Shown: one piece after another, positions 51,836 to 63,500 of the stretch
Numbering within the stretch: position 1 is the first letter of the stretch
Layout of the letters: the number at the start of each line of letters is the position of its first letter
Source: Pseudovirgaria hyperparasitica
Taxonomy: Eukaryota
NCBI GenBank assembly: GCA_010093815.1
Contig: ML996586.1
DNA length: 64,000 bases
Direction: 5' to 3' (one strand)
Translations under genes and position numbers: made by a program
Notes under the pieces: generated by a model
Databases searched by the model: none
What the model was told of the DNA's origin: nothing
What the model saw: only the letters and a program-made list of their open reading frames with translations

Positions 51836-54087
51836 TTAGTACATTGTGGGACCAGTCTTGAGCTGTTGTGGGAAATTTCCTGCGAGCATCCCCTTTCCTA
51901 CCAATTCGGTGATAATCAGATCTGTCCCTGAGGCGTACTATTAGCGATGAATGCGAAGAATGTCCAAAGAATGATTTACCTGGAGCCCCGATCACTGAGG
52001 CTCCAATAGGAAGACGTTCCTCCCTTTGTGTCACGACCGAGTCAAAAGGGATATCTCCGACTGTGTACAAATCAGCACAACAATGGGCCTCTATATGAGA
52101 AGACCTGCTTACGTAAAGTCGTAAACTCAGGGGCGCGGAGGATTGGTGACATGCATAGAGATGCGTATCCGCTCAATACGTAGTAGGGACTGCAGGACAT
52201 GAGCAAGGTCCTCGCTTGAAGACACTGGCGATGATAGACTTACGGCAACGGAGCGTCACGATAGCTCGGCTGGCCAACCTCGATGGGAAAGATCATGATT
52301 GTTATGGTACTGGTGTCACTAGCCTTGAATACCTCCTCGAGTAGCCATTTACGGTATATCTCTGACCGACGCCAGTAAAAGTTGCGTTCTTCCAAGGTAA
52401 TAGATTTGGCAATGTCCCTGATATAAAAATGTCAGCGTCGGAAAACCAAGGACCGAGAAACCAGCAAACTTACCACTGCCACTGCATTGCTCTGTGTATA
52501 AAAGGTGGCTTGCCATGCTTCTTTGTGAAATCATTTCTGAAGCCTTCCAGATCGTAGTACCCATCGTAATAGTAGGGGTAGCTTCCAGTCTGGACCATGG
52601 TAAATAAGAGCTAATGGTTGTTCATGAAAGGCGTCATACCAGCTTGAGATATTCCGCAATGTCGGTATTATCTTGCCCAGGAGTATTGTCAGGACAGGTA
52701 TTTTTCCACAATTGGGCCAAGGAGATTTTAGTCCTTTGTACATCCAATGCTTTCTCCAATCCACTAGTGAACTTGTCAATCAAGTCTGTCTGTGCTGCAT
52801 TGACGGTTGGTAAGTAGTCCTCCGGCCAAAGAATGCACACATGCTGCTGAGTAGACGGCATTCGAAGTAGAGGACTATGTCCATACCAGACTTTTATGAA
52901 GTCAGAGAATTTGGTTTGGTCTCGGCCAAAGAAGACAGGCATATCGAATTTGCTTTTGTTATAACAATGTTAACGTAATTAGCTTACATAACACGTCTTT
53001 ATGCTTACCTGAACTGTCCAATAACTCCATTCGTGTTCATGATGCCAGTAGAAGGTCTGATCGAGAAACAGCCGTTGTAATGTGCAGGCTTTCGGCCGCT
53101 GCCATTTGTATCCGACCCGAGTGAAAAGTCAAGCCAATCATACGAACCTATTCCAGCAGCACTACCATGGCTGGAACCAGATGGTACCTGGTACCCGTCT
53201 GCACGTGGATTGAATGGTGCTGTGAATTCGACGGCTTCAAGTGGCTCTTCCCGCATGATCATGGCTTGCAACTTTACTTTACCGACTACAATGGCGCCTG
53301 CATCTATCAAGACCTGCAGACAAACTGCATTTTGCTCTGCAGGTGGGTATAGATCTATCCAAGACCTATTACAGAGCGTAGTCTTGTGGCCTGCAATGTC
53401 AATATTGTCTTTGACAGAGATTCGAGCTCCGTCCAACGGCTTCTCTTTGGATGGCCGGAAATAGGAACGAGGAGGAACTATCACACGTCCATCAATACCT
53501 GCTGTGGGAGCATCGAGGACATCTAATGTATGTAGTTGTTAACAGTTGATGACAAGCCTGCTTCAAACAGAACTTATCTTTCCATATCATCCTTTGACGG
53601 CTTGAACGTGGTCATGAAGGTAGCATTGAAGTCGCGATATATCCTCCATGGTGCATAAGTCTGTTTATGCGCAAACACGTAGGGACCACATGCGACTCGA
53701 GAGGTTGCATTCCCTCTCACACATGTCCACGTCTTGGTTTTCCATGCGTCAAGTTCCTCTATGGCATCGTCGGTGACATCTAGTTCACTCTCGTCGCCGC
53801 CATAGAATACAACATTACGACAGAACTCTGGCTGAAATATGTCATCTTTGTCGAGGACGTTTTCTCTGAAGTCCCGCAAGTTCTTTCTGGACACCTTCTG
53901 GCCGGACGTGACTAAATACACGACAGCGAGTGAAGGGCCATCAGCGAGGAAGTCAAGGAAGTTCTGAGCAGTTAGGTCGTCAACTTCATGTTACAAGGCG
54001 CCGTACCTCTTTGTGGGCAAGCAAGAAATACTCGATAGATCCGACCTGGATCTTCAGTTCCTGATCCATTTCCACAGTGGCTGACAT
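51836..54087 (-). CDS. Amidase signature family protein, multi-exon
   Basis: G.RISVKDNID (catalytic Lys), PSGSSHGSAAG, LGSDTNGSGRKPA. Several GT-AG introns link the ORF-track pieces. Start ATG 54087 and stop 51836 inferred from splice sites. Confidence 0.85.
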
Positions 54088-54785
54088 TGTCAGACTGCTC
54101 AAGCTTGTCGACGCGTGTGTTAGAACAGGGCGGATTCCGCGACAAGGCCGACGCATTGCGATATTTACCTACAGATCTGGAGCGCAGAAGGTGTGAGATT
54201 CCCGGTTGTGTGCAGGAGACATCGTTGGGTAGCAGCAACGGACGGCCCATGAACTAAGCCACGCTAGTAGGGTTTACGATCTATGATAGGTCACTAGTAC
54301 ACAGAGTCTCGGGCACCAGGATAGCGAGCAACACCACAGGATTAGGCACCGGAGCGGGAGCGCGGGGCCGTGGCCTGGCTGGCCGGCCAAGAATCGAGAT
54401 AATTAGCCTTCAAACTTCTCAGCCTGCCATTCATCCTTGCCCAGTTCTTCATCCTGTTACTTGCCAGCAACATGCATGATGGAGGGCCATGCATCATGAC
54501 TACGTGGCATCTGACCGACCCTTGGTCCTTGACCGGCGATTGCATGCAATGCATGCTGTCTCGTCACTTGTGCTCACAAACGGGCCAGGATGACCAGCCG
54601 GCAGGAAAATGATAGCAGTAGGGCTTAGGCAGCCATTGAAGCTTTCCCATTTGTCTTGAGCCGGCAGTTTGTGGAACGACATATGCTACAAGGCTCTGCA
54701 TGAGCAGCCACCAGCCTCTATCCAATATTGTTGTTACCATAAACTCTAAGGGCTGCTTGTTCATAGCGAACGCTTAGTGACCACA

Positions 54786-55991
54786 ATGCCGACCGCACCA
54801 CACGCCTTCCAAGAAGCAGAAATACATGCAGATCAAGGTAATGTAACCCATAATTTATTTGCGCAAGTAATCTGTATGAATTATCCAATACTAACAAATA
54901 TCAGCCGGTCTGATGTACTTTCTGGAAAGAAGCGATACTTGGAAGACTATCAAACCGTACAACTTCCACTATTTCCCTAAAGAGAATTTTCCCGTTCATA
55001 ACATTGAGCGCGCCCTGCACATTGTCAATATTAAGAGCATGAGACCTCTTATGTCATCACTGACTATGAAGAAAGAAGGATTCCAGGTTCATAGCATAGC
55101 TACAATTATGGGGTATGAAGATTTCAGAAAAAAGGACAAAGTCGAGGATATCTACATGAGAGAGCTTGAGAGCTATTTCAGAACCACACTTCCAGGTGCT
55201 AAGTACGTGCGAAGTTTAGATTTCCAGGTATTTATCACTATCCCTCCCGCGACCATCGTTCTGAGGCGTCTTCAGTTGCGACAGCGAGATGTCAATTTCC
55301 CCATAGCAGGAGGTGTACCATGGCAAAAGCCTCAGCCAAGCCTCCTCACGCACGTTGGTGAGCCATTGAATTACTTAGCTATGAGACGTCTTCCGATTAA
55401 TCTACTCGTTACCAGACGTCACACTCGATAGTGCGAAGAAAATCATCAGAGAAATTTACGAGGACCAGGTTGCTTCAGAGATTCTTGAATCGCGATTTCA
55501 AGTCATAACGTTCGTTATATGTACCGTATGAAGTCAGTGGACACTAGCTGAGCAGGTAACATAGAGTTTGGCGTCCTCTCCGAGTGCCAGTCCGGGACTG
55601 GCCACTGGCCATCTGTGATGCGTCAACGGTAGACCAGAACGATTTTGTCGATACGGATGTGATCTACCCGAGCTACATCGCGGAGAACCGGATGCTTCAC
55701 TACAATAGTGAACAGCAATGGTATTGGCTACCAGACCAGAAAAAGGACGAAGTATTAGTCTTCAAAGCAATTGACACCGATGATGCGATAAGTTCACGTA
55801 TGGTCATGCTACCCACTAGGAACATGAACACTGACATCGTAGCTTGTCCTCACGGAGCTTTCCAGCTCACTGGTAGAGCTGACAACTCACAACCCCGAGA
55901 AAGTATCGATATCAGGCTTCTCGTCATGTACGCAGACATAGAGTACCCAGACGGGAAGTTCTCAACAAACGCTGTAACAGCTACGTACTAG
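54786..55991 (+). CDS. AsaB/CmcJ/NvfI-family protein (probable Fe/2OG oxygenase), multi-exon
   Basis: KPY, GFQV, HV|D split by an intron, VWRPL..PV.DWPLAICDA, CPHGAF and PRESIDIR motifs. Confidence 0.8.
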
Positions 55992-56234
55992 CCGCAGGCC
56001 TCACGAGTATTAGGACCCATTGCATTACCACTTTCATATCGTAGCAATATTGTTCATTGTTTGTATTTACAAATGAAGTTCATCCTCCTAGAACGGTTGA
56101 CAACGAACGAACACATTTACCCCTCCCCTCCTAAGGCAAGAATATTTGCGACCTCAGATCGATATTAGCTCCTAACCTCGAAATAGACCGCCGCCTCTAC
56201 TTACGATCATCAGGGTCCTTCATGTTCCTCGTAC

Positions 56235-56420
56235 TCATTCTTGGTGCTTGTATTGGTCGGCCTTCGTGTCGCGATCAACCGGTTTGCTGACAGATGCACC
56301 CGAGCCTCCACCTGGAGAGTTGGCACGAAGGTTGCGTTCGCTGAGATCAGGATTGTCAGCTTCCTCAAGGGAAGACAAAGCCTTCCAGGGCTGAATCTTA
56401 GGAGTATTTTCAGACGGCAT
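56235..56420 (-). CDS. Possible 61-aa hydrophilic small protein
   Basis: ATG in a CAAAATG context in unRIPped intergenic DNA; no recognisable domain. Confidence 0.3.
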   Translation of the reverse strand: MPSENTPKIQPWKALSSLEEADNPDLSERNLRANSPGGGSGASVSKPVDRDTKADQYKHQE

Positions 56421-56785
56421 TTTGTAGTATGTGTTGAGTAAACAATTTTCTTGTTGACGAGGAATAGCTTTGTCGCAGTATGATCTGTCTTGGAAGGCGG
56501 CAGGTGAGAAGGCTGGGACTCGTGACTATTTATCAAACATGCCTGATGACTTCAACATACAAGGCAAATTCGCCAAGCCTGCATGATGAGGGGTAGTTAA
56601 CCCGGTAGAGCATACAATTCATCGGTCTGTCCCAGTTGCATGAGACTCTTGGCACTCCGATGTTCAGTCCTGCCGCGTATATTCTGAATTATTATGAGAG
56701 CGACATTGGTACTATTGTAAGCATTTAATCGCATATTGCCAATGTTTATCGCTGTACCGTCCTAATAATTATATACAAGTGAGTA

Positions 56786-59011
56786 GGCTGCAACGTCTCA
56801 CGAAACGCATCCACGTCGAGGTTCGGAGTGGCGTTGATGCCGACCTTATCGTCGCTGGGTGGCTAGGTGCAAGCTTTGCGACGTGTCACTCTAGTAGACC
56901 ACCCACGATAAACCAGCTAGGACCTTATGCGCATACACCCTGCTCTCGATTGACGCGCTAAGAGGAGTTTACGAGAATATCGAAAGCAGGCCGGATCCTA
57001 CCTAGCCGTCTAGGTAGATGAAGCGGAAGTCCTAGTAGCGCGACAGGGCACCTTAAGGCTGAATGGCTCTAAGAACGTAAGGATCAGCGAGAAATCACAT
57101 CGAGGGCAACTATAACTACTACTAACGAACTTGTTAAGGCTAATTCTCCTATAGTATTACTACGTTTATTAAGCCATCTAGCGCGCCTACTAGTAGCACG
57201 TCTCTAGTAAGACCTTTCGCTCGAAACGTTACACTAGGGAAGAGGCAGAGCCATATCCATGGCTATCACGTACGGGAGATATTATAGTCTACCGTGGGAG
57301 GTAGGACGGTGGAGCACACAGTCAATGGAACAGAACCAGGTAAGGGGAGTTTACAGGCCATCATTAAGAGCAGCGGACACAAGTCGGGTTAGTAGGCAAG
57401 CGGAGCCTAAGTCGCCTAGGCATGGGATCCAAATGCTTCTCTGTCTACAAGACACGGTCGGCCTATCGTAGAGAGATCCTCATAGACAACACGAAACTAA
57501 AGGATCAGAGACAACAGGCTGAGCCTCCTGAAAAATAAAGGGATCAGGCAGGTCTATCTATATAGTCTAGAGGCGGGGCGTGGTACGTGGTAGTGACTGC
57601 TGGCTCCGAGGACCTCACCCCTTCATCAGGCTGTGACCCTTGGTGTACCTAGAAGCAGGTAGGATCAAGTCTCGGCCGGAGAGACTACCACGTGGCCTGA
57701 AAGGACGCATGCGCGTGTCGATTCATGAACAGATAGAACCCATCGCATTAGGTGGGCACACTGGTGACATGAGTTTAAGGAGCAAATCTCGCGTTTACTG
57801 GGCTGAGAGAGGTTTGGCTCCGCCTAACTCAGAGGAAGACCCCCTAGGTCTGAAATCCAGTTCAGGGCTTGGATGGACATACAAGCAGCTCGAACCTGAG
57901 CGCCACTCGTGGTGAAACGGAGGCAAGGCAAGATTGGAAGCAAAGTGAAAACCAAAGCCGCCTGCCGCAATGGCTAAAAGGGAAATGGGATAAGAAAGCA
58001 GATATATATAAAGCACTGACCAACTTCCTCCACATGAAGAAGGTGCCTGAAATACTCCCGTTGTGCGAAGACTGCGGCGAGCTGGGCACTGTGCGCCATT
58101 ACCTTACTTTCTGCCAGAAACTAGAAGGCCCGCGGCGACAATTAGCACACGATACCCCCACGACTAAGGGGGTGTTTGAGACCTCAGGTCGATTTTTGAC
58201 CTCCAGAATAACCTTATTTTTAAGCGTTAAGACGGCGTCCGGCCACACTAAATCCATAGTTTCTCTTAGGTTTACCGAAGTTTTGGCGAAATCGAATAGA
58301 TTCGAGTTTTCTTACGGGCGAAAAATACTTGCTGCTCGAAAAAGGTCGATTTTGACCTCCGACTATACTCTAAAAAGTTAGATTAAGCCACCCCGTCGAC
58401 CGGTTCTCTTAGTGCCGCTTAGTGTATATACCCTGGTCATCAGCTCGGGTTTTAAGCTGGAGGTGGGATACGATTTTAAACACTCGGCGGAAAAATGGGA
58501 ATTAGAGGTCAAAAAGGTCAAAAAACGACCTTCACCTGAGGTTTCAAACACCCCCTAATTCGTGTGTATGGCTAAACTCCTTTCCTAGGGCGGTGACCAT
58601 CTAGATGCTCCGTAACCTCCCTCTTCAGCAATACGAGTAGGCACGCCAACATATGCCCGGAATAATCACTGGGCCGATCGTGGATAGTAGCTCAAGGCCG
58701 GCCCTTGAATTACCCAGGACGCGTCCTCTAGACCCTACTGCTCTACCCTAGCACGCTCAAGCTGATCACGTCTCCTTGAGACATAAGCGCCTACTCGCGC
58801 TGCCTACGGGCAACTTTGGTCGATAGTGTCGCGAAAAGTGTCGGAAAATAGTATGGTTGCATGTTCTGCAATACTTAAGCAGTGCGATTTTTTGCCTGTG
58901 AGCCTTAGGGGCTTATTAGGCCTTCTCTTATATAATAGCTTAGACTAGACGAGGTGATATCGCCTGTAGGGGTAACCCTGCCTAGTAATCCATTTCATTA
59001 TTACTATTACA
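56786..59011 (+). mobile_element. Chimeric retroposon: same ~1-kb head plus 5'-truncated LINE (ORF2 C-terminal Zn finger, 3' UTR, tail), only lightly RIPped
   Basis: The 5' end GGCTGCAACGTCTCACGAA matches the 5' end of 39524-41034. CEDCGELGTVRHYLTFC at ~58063-58113. 3' terminus TAGCTTAGACTAGA...GCCTAGT resembles the LINE end; ATTATTACTATTAC tail. No TSD found. Confidence 0.82.
58168..58555. mobile_element. PIF/Harbinger (Tourist-like) MITE, 388 bp
   Basis: 22-bp TIR GGGGGTGTTTGA(G/A)ACCTCAGGT with 1 mismatch; TAA on both sides (58165-58167 and 58556-58558). Confidence 0.9.
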
Positions 59012-60085
59012 GAAGCCATCAGAACAGTAGTATTTCGATTAAAGCGCGGCACAAATCGCCTCGCGTTCAGCTTGCGTCTCTTTTCGAACCAATTGAGCTT
59101 CAAAGATATCTTTTCCGCGACCCTTGAGCTTTGGATCTACCACGACTGCTGCAGCGACTTAAGCGGCGATAGAAGCAGCTATTCCGGGCGCAGAAGGCGC
59201 TGGCGCCAGTAAATTTCGTACTACAGTGCTTGGTGACGGCGTAGGTGACTTGGGATTTGATTCCCGTGCCGTAGTAGCCTTTCTAGCAGTCGGATGAACC
59301 TAACAGTCGACAAAGTCTTCGAATTGGATCTACACTGGCTCGTCTGGATTCTTCTTCGCAAAGCTATGAACCTCATCAACAATCGCGAGAATCCGAGACC
59401 ACGATACAAGCGACCAGTCAAGCACAGTATCACCTCTGATTCCGCGCTTCCCTCCAACACCTAGCCAAGCCGAGAAGGTACACTTTTGGAATGACCAGAT
59501 GTAGCCAACGATGTTTTCACCAATACGCTTATGAACTTCGTCTTCATAGTCATCAGGTTCAAAACGTCCACGCATGGAGGTAGGCAGGCTATCTTCATCG
59601 ATCTTCTTGTTGGCAACGTGGAGTTTCCATTTCGGAAAGACAGCCCAGTTCTGCGCCGGTGTCTCCTCCGCATCGTTATCCTCTTCAGCTTCAACTTCAG
59701 CTTCTATAACTTCAGCTTCTATAACTTCAGCTTCTATAACTTCAGCTTCTATAACTTCAGCTTCTATAACTTCAGCTGCGACTTCAGTTTCAGACTCTAC
59801 GATACTCGGGAGGTTTGCGCGCGCGGCGGAGGGGAAGAGGGTACATCGGACGGGTTACTCGCGATATTCACTCGGGAGGGCGGAATTATGAACTGGCCAG
59901 GCCTCCGACGCGATTTCTTCTTCACGGCGACTCCAAGAGCTTTATTGGCGTCGTCTGCCTGCTTTCTAGCCGTGGGGCGACGCTGACGAGGCCCTGTGGA
60001 AGGAGGAGATGGCTCCGTGGTATGGTCTGCGCCGAAAGCCACATTTTTTCGGCTTTTTTGGCTTCTGTGCGGCTTTTGGAGGCAT
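59012..60085 (-). pseudogene. Degenerate gene of unknown function (MPPKAAQKPKK start, EVIEA repeats), ending at the retroposon boundary
   Basis: ORF-track pieces 59797-60042 and 59330-59575 link only via two frameshifts, followed by in-frame TAG/TAA stops. Confidence 0.55.
59693..59777. repeat. 15-bp tandem repeat AACTTCAGCTTCTAT, about 5.7 units
   Basis: Directly visible; encodes (IEAEV)n on the minus strand. Confidence 0.97.
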
Positions 60086-60569
60086 ACTAAGCGAGATAAA
60101 ACACCAGAAAAATATTTGAGATAGCCAAAGACAGCTAAATGTAAGCCTTCAGGCGGTATTAAGGGCAGCAGCGAGGTATGTGGAGTGTAATGTACGACAA
60201 TGCCGTCCCAATACTAATTTACTATGTACTCGGCATGGCTGAACATCGGAGTGCCAAGAGTCTCATCCATTCAATGTAACCCGGGACAGGCGGATAATTA
60301 GTGCCCTAAAAGAGACCCTGCTCCCCTTCTTACTCGGTAATATAAACGCTGCAGTGTCCAGAGTATGTATCAAGTCATGGCTGGCTATGATACGTGGGTT
60401 TGATGCCTACTGGTCGTTGACTGTTCATACTAGTGTCTTACACATCTTCTCACCTGATAAGACCCATGTATTGGAGCCTTTGTATGATGTCTCCCGCTCC
60501 CGCAGTGCCTTTCTGATCCTTGTGGCAATTATCGGACTGAAACATCCTAAGCAAACTGAGGGCTCATTT

Positions 60570-63500
60570 ATGATGGTGCGTCAGCGGAAAAGCACAGGGC
60601 TCTCCAGTACCACATTTCGCCCGACCAGCCCGAGGCCATCGTCCCTTACTCTCAACAATGTCATACAACTACGTCCTCGTGACCCAGTAACAATCGAAAC
60701 AAGGTCAGCACGGTGTCGATAGCTATCGCGGAATCTTCTTCTTACTCTCAATAGTGTTATTGCTGTTCCGGGCTACGGCACCCCCTCGATCAAGAAATGG
60801 AAGGTCAACGACGAGCTTAGACGAGCGGCGACAGGAGTACCATCAATATCAACACTGCACATATTCGTTCATCACCCATCGTATGATCTTGGTAGCGATG
60901 AGTTCTCATGGGATCAGTTTCTGAAAACTGGCAATGATCTCGCCGAGGATGTTGCAGCTCTCGCTGTGGAGGTATTTTGCACATAATAAAAGAGCGTGAC
61001 GTTGATGCTGACCCGATGCAGCATCCACATAGGTCTATTATTTTCATTGGTCACTGTCTTGGAGGAGTGCTACTGAAGCAGGTACGTGGCAAAGTCTAGC
61101 AGGTCTGTGTTATCTAACTTGATGGCCAGGCTCTGGCATTAGTCAACCAAAACCTACATGATTTTCGCTTTAGGTCACTCCTCGAATGCGTGTCTGGCAT
61201 TGTTTTCTTGGGAACACCGCATTCTAGCGTCAACGATAGGGATACATTGATTCGCCATAATGAGATTTTATACAATTGCGCTAAAATTGCTCTACATAGA
61301 GGCTCCGAGCGACTTCCACCCCACGACGTAACCCTTCTTTCTAATCTGGCCCAGAAATTTGAACAGCTCGCCAATATACCTGTCTTGTCAGTGTACGAGC
61401 AGAGTCAAATGCGATCACAAGTTCAGAAGATCTTCGGAGGCAAAAAGAAAGTAGGTTGTGCCGATACCAACCTCTATGCCCCCTACGCATGAAATTTGCT
61501 CACAGCTGGCGCAGAATATTGTAGTCGATGAACAATTGGCAAGCATACGTTCGCAGACAGAGCGACTTCTAGGCGTTGCTCTTCCTCACAACGAATTGTG
61601 CCAGTTTTCACTGCTCAAGGACGATCAGTACTCTGCAGAAGATTTCCTACGATCAATATTCAAGACTTTAGATGGTACAAAATCACTCATAGAAGAACCA
61701 TAATGATCTGCTGACAACAGCCATAGAAAATCTAAAGCTGTCCACCGGACAGAGTACTCCCACCTTGGAGCCTCTAAATACCCACGATCCGCTCAATCCG
61801 CTCAATTTAGGATCCGTGGATATAGAACAAGAGATTAAAGCTTCTCGTCTCGCCTCTGAGGAGGAGCGTATTATTCAAAAGGAGCTGTCACGTCGAGCAT
61901 CCAAACTGTCTCTGCATTCTTCCCTCGTCTCAACTGCGGCTGAAAGGTTGCTGGAGACTCGAAAAGCACGCCTTCCATGCTTTAGTCTTGCCCAATATCT
62001 TCCAAATCCGAATTTCATCGGGCGTGAGAACATTTTAAAAGCCATCGACGATGCCTTGTTACCGTCAGAATCTTCCGGCTCACCCACGGGCTCCAACATT
62101 CGATATTATGCGTTGTGCGGAATGGGAGGAATAGGCAAGACAGATGTTGCTGTTGAGTTTGCGTTCTCGCGAAGAAAAAGATTCGGGGCGGTGTTCTGGC
62201 TAGAGGCCGGAGGTATATCCCAGATTGCTGCAGATTTTGGTCGAGTAGCGGAGCAGCTTGGCCTTACTACCTTCGAAGAAGGGATAGACTTGGGTACAAG
62301 CAAAGAGCTTGTATCTGCATGGCTCGAGAATCCCACGAGTGAAGTCAATGCACCGGGAGAGGTCAAAAATGAATCCTGGCTTCTGATATTCGACAATGCA
62401 GATAACCTGGACGTCATCGCAGACTACCTACCCCATAGGGGCAATGGCTCCATTCTGATCACAACGCGTGATCCTGAAGGTAAGCACTACTACGATACCG
62501 GTTCTGGATTTGATGTAGAGCCTCTATCATCGACTGAGGCCGCTAATCTTCTCTGTAAGTTGACGATCCGTGCGGAGACCGCAGAGACAGAAGACGAGCA
62601 GGAAGCTTCCGTAGAAGTTGCAAAAACATTAGACGGTCTTCCTCTGGCAATGACACAGATGGCAGGCTTTATCAGACGTCGACATTTGTCCCTGAGAGAA
62701 TTTGTGGATCTTTATGCAAACGATGCACGTTATGCTGAAATTCACGGCGTAAGCAACTCACTGCTGGACCATCGATACGGATTCACCCTCGCCACTGCGT
62801 ACAATTTCCGAGAACTTGAAACGCCAACAATGGACATGCTCAAAGCCTTGGCGTTCTTGAATCCAGACCGTATTCGGGAGCAGATATTCCAGCACGCTTT
62901 CAAGGCAAAAGACGGCAAAAAGTACAGCTGGTCGAGTCCTCCAGCGTACGAGAAGGCTCGATTTGAACTCATTTCCTCGTCGATCATCAAGAGAAATATC
63001 AACAGAAAAGAGCTTTGGATTCACCGCATCATTCAAGCCGAAGTTCGCGCTCGTATGGACGAGAATGATCGATACGAGACTTTCAAAGCTGTGATGGCTC
63101 TTCTGGTTTCACTGTGGCCACCCGGAAACCTTAGTAGCCAAGCGAGTAGACGTTGGGATCTTTGTGAAGATCTACTGCCACATTTAGAGCGCCTTTATCA
63201 AATATACACGGAGAACGCAGAAGCATGGTCTGGCTTCGACATAGATACCACTCTGCCTACACTCATGAACGAGGCTGGAATGTAAGCACTCGTTAAGCTC
63301 GGTTGGGTACCGAAATTACTAACAGAGACATCAGCTACTGCCACGAGAGAGGATTCTCCCATGAAGGCAAAGTTTATATGAATTTGGCATTTGATCTATG
63401 CAAGAGCGCCAATATTACACAGCAACCGTTGTTAGGTGACATGCATCTTACAATGACAGCATTGACCAACGAAACCAACGACGCTCAAGGCTGCCTTGAG

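Noticed and set aside
57869..58381. 170-aa ORF as a gene
   Set aside because: Read-through from a LINE ORF2 remnant into the MITE at 58168.
59693..59777. Regular short repeats as a CRISPR-like array (also 35335-35410 and 4594-4648)
   Set aside because: Head-to-tail tandem repeats without unique spacers, in a eukaryotic context.
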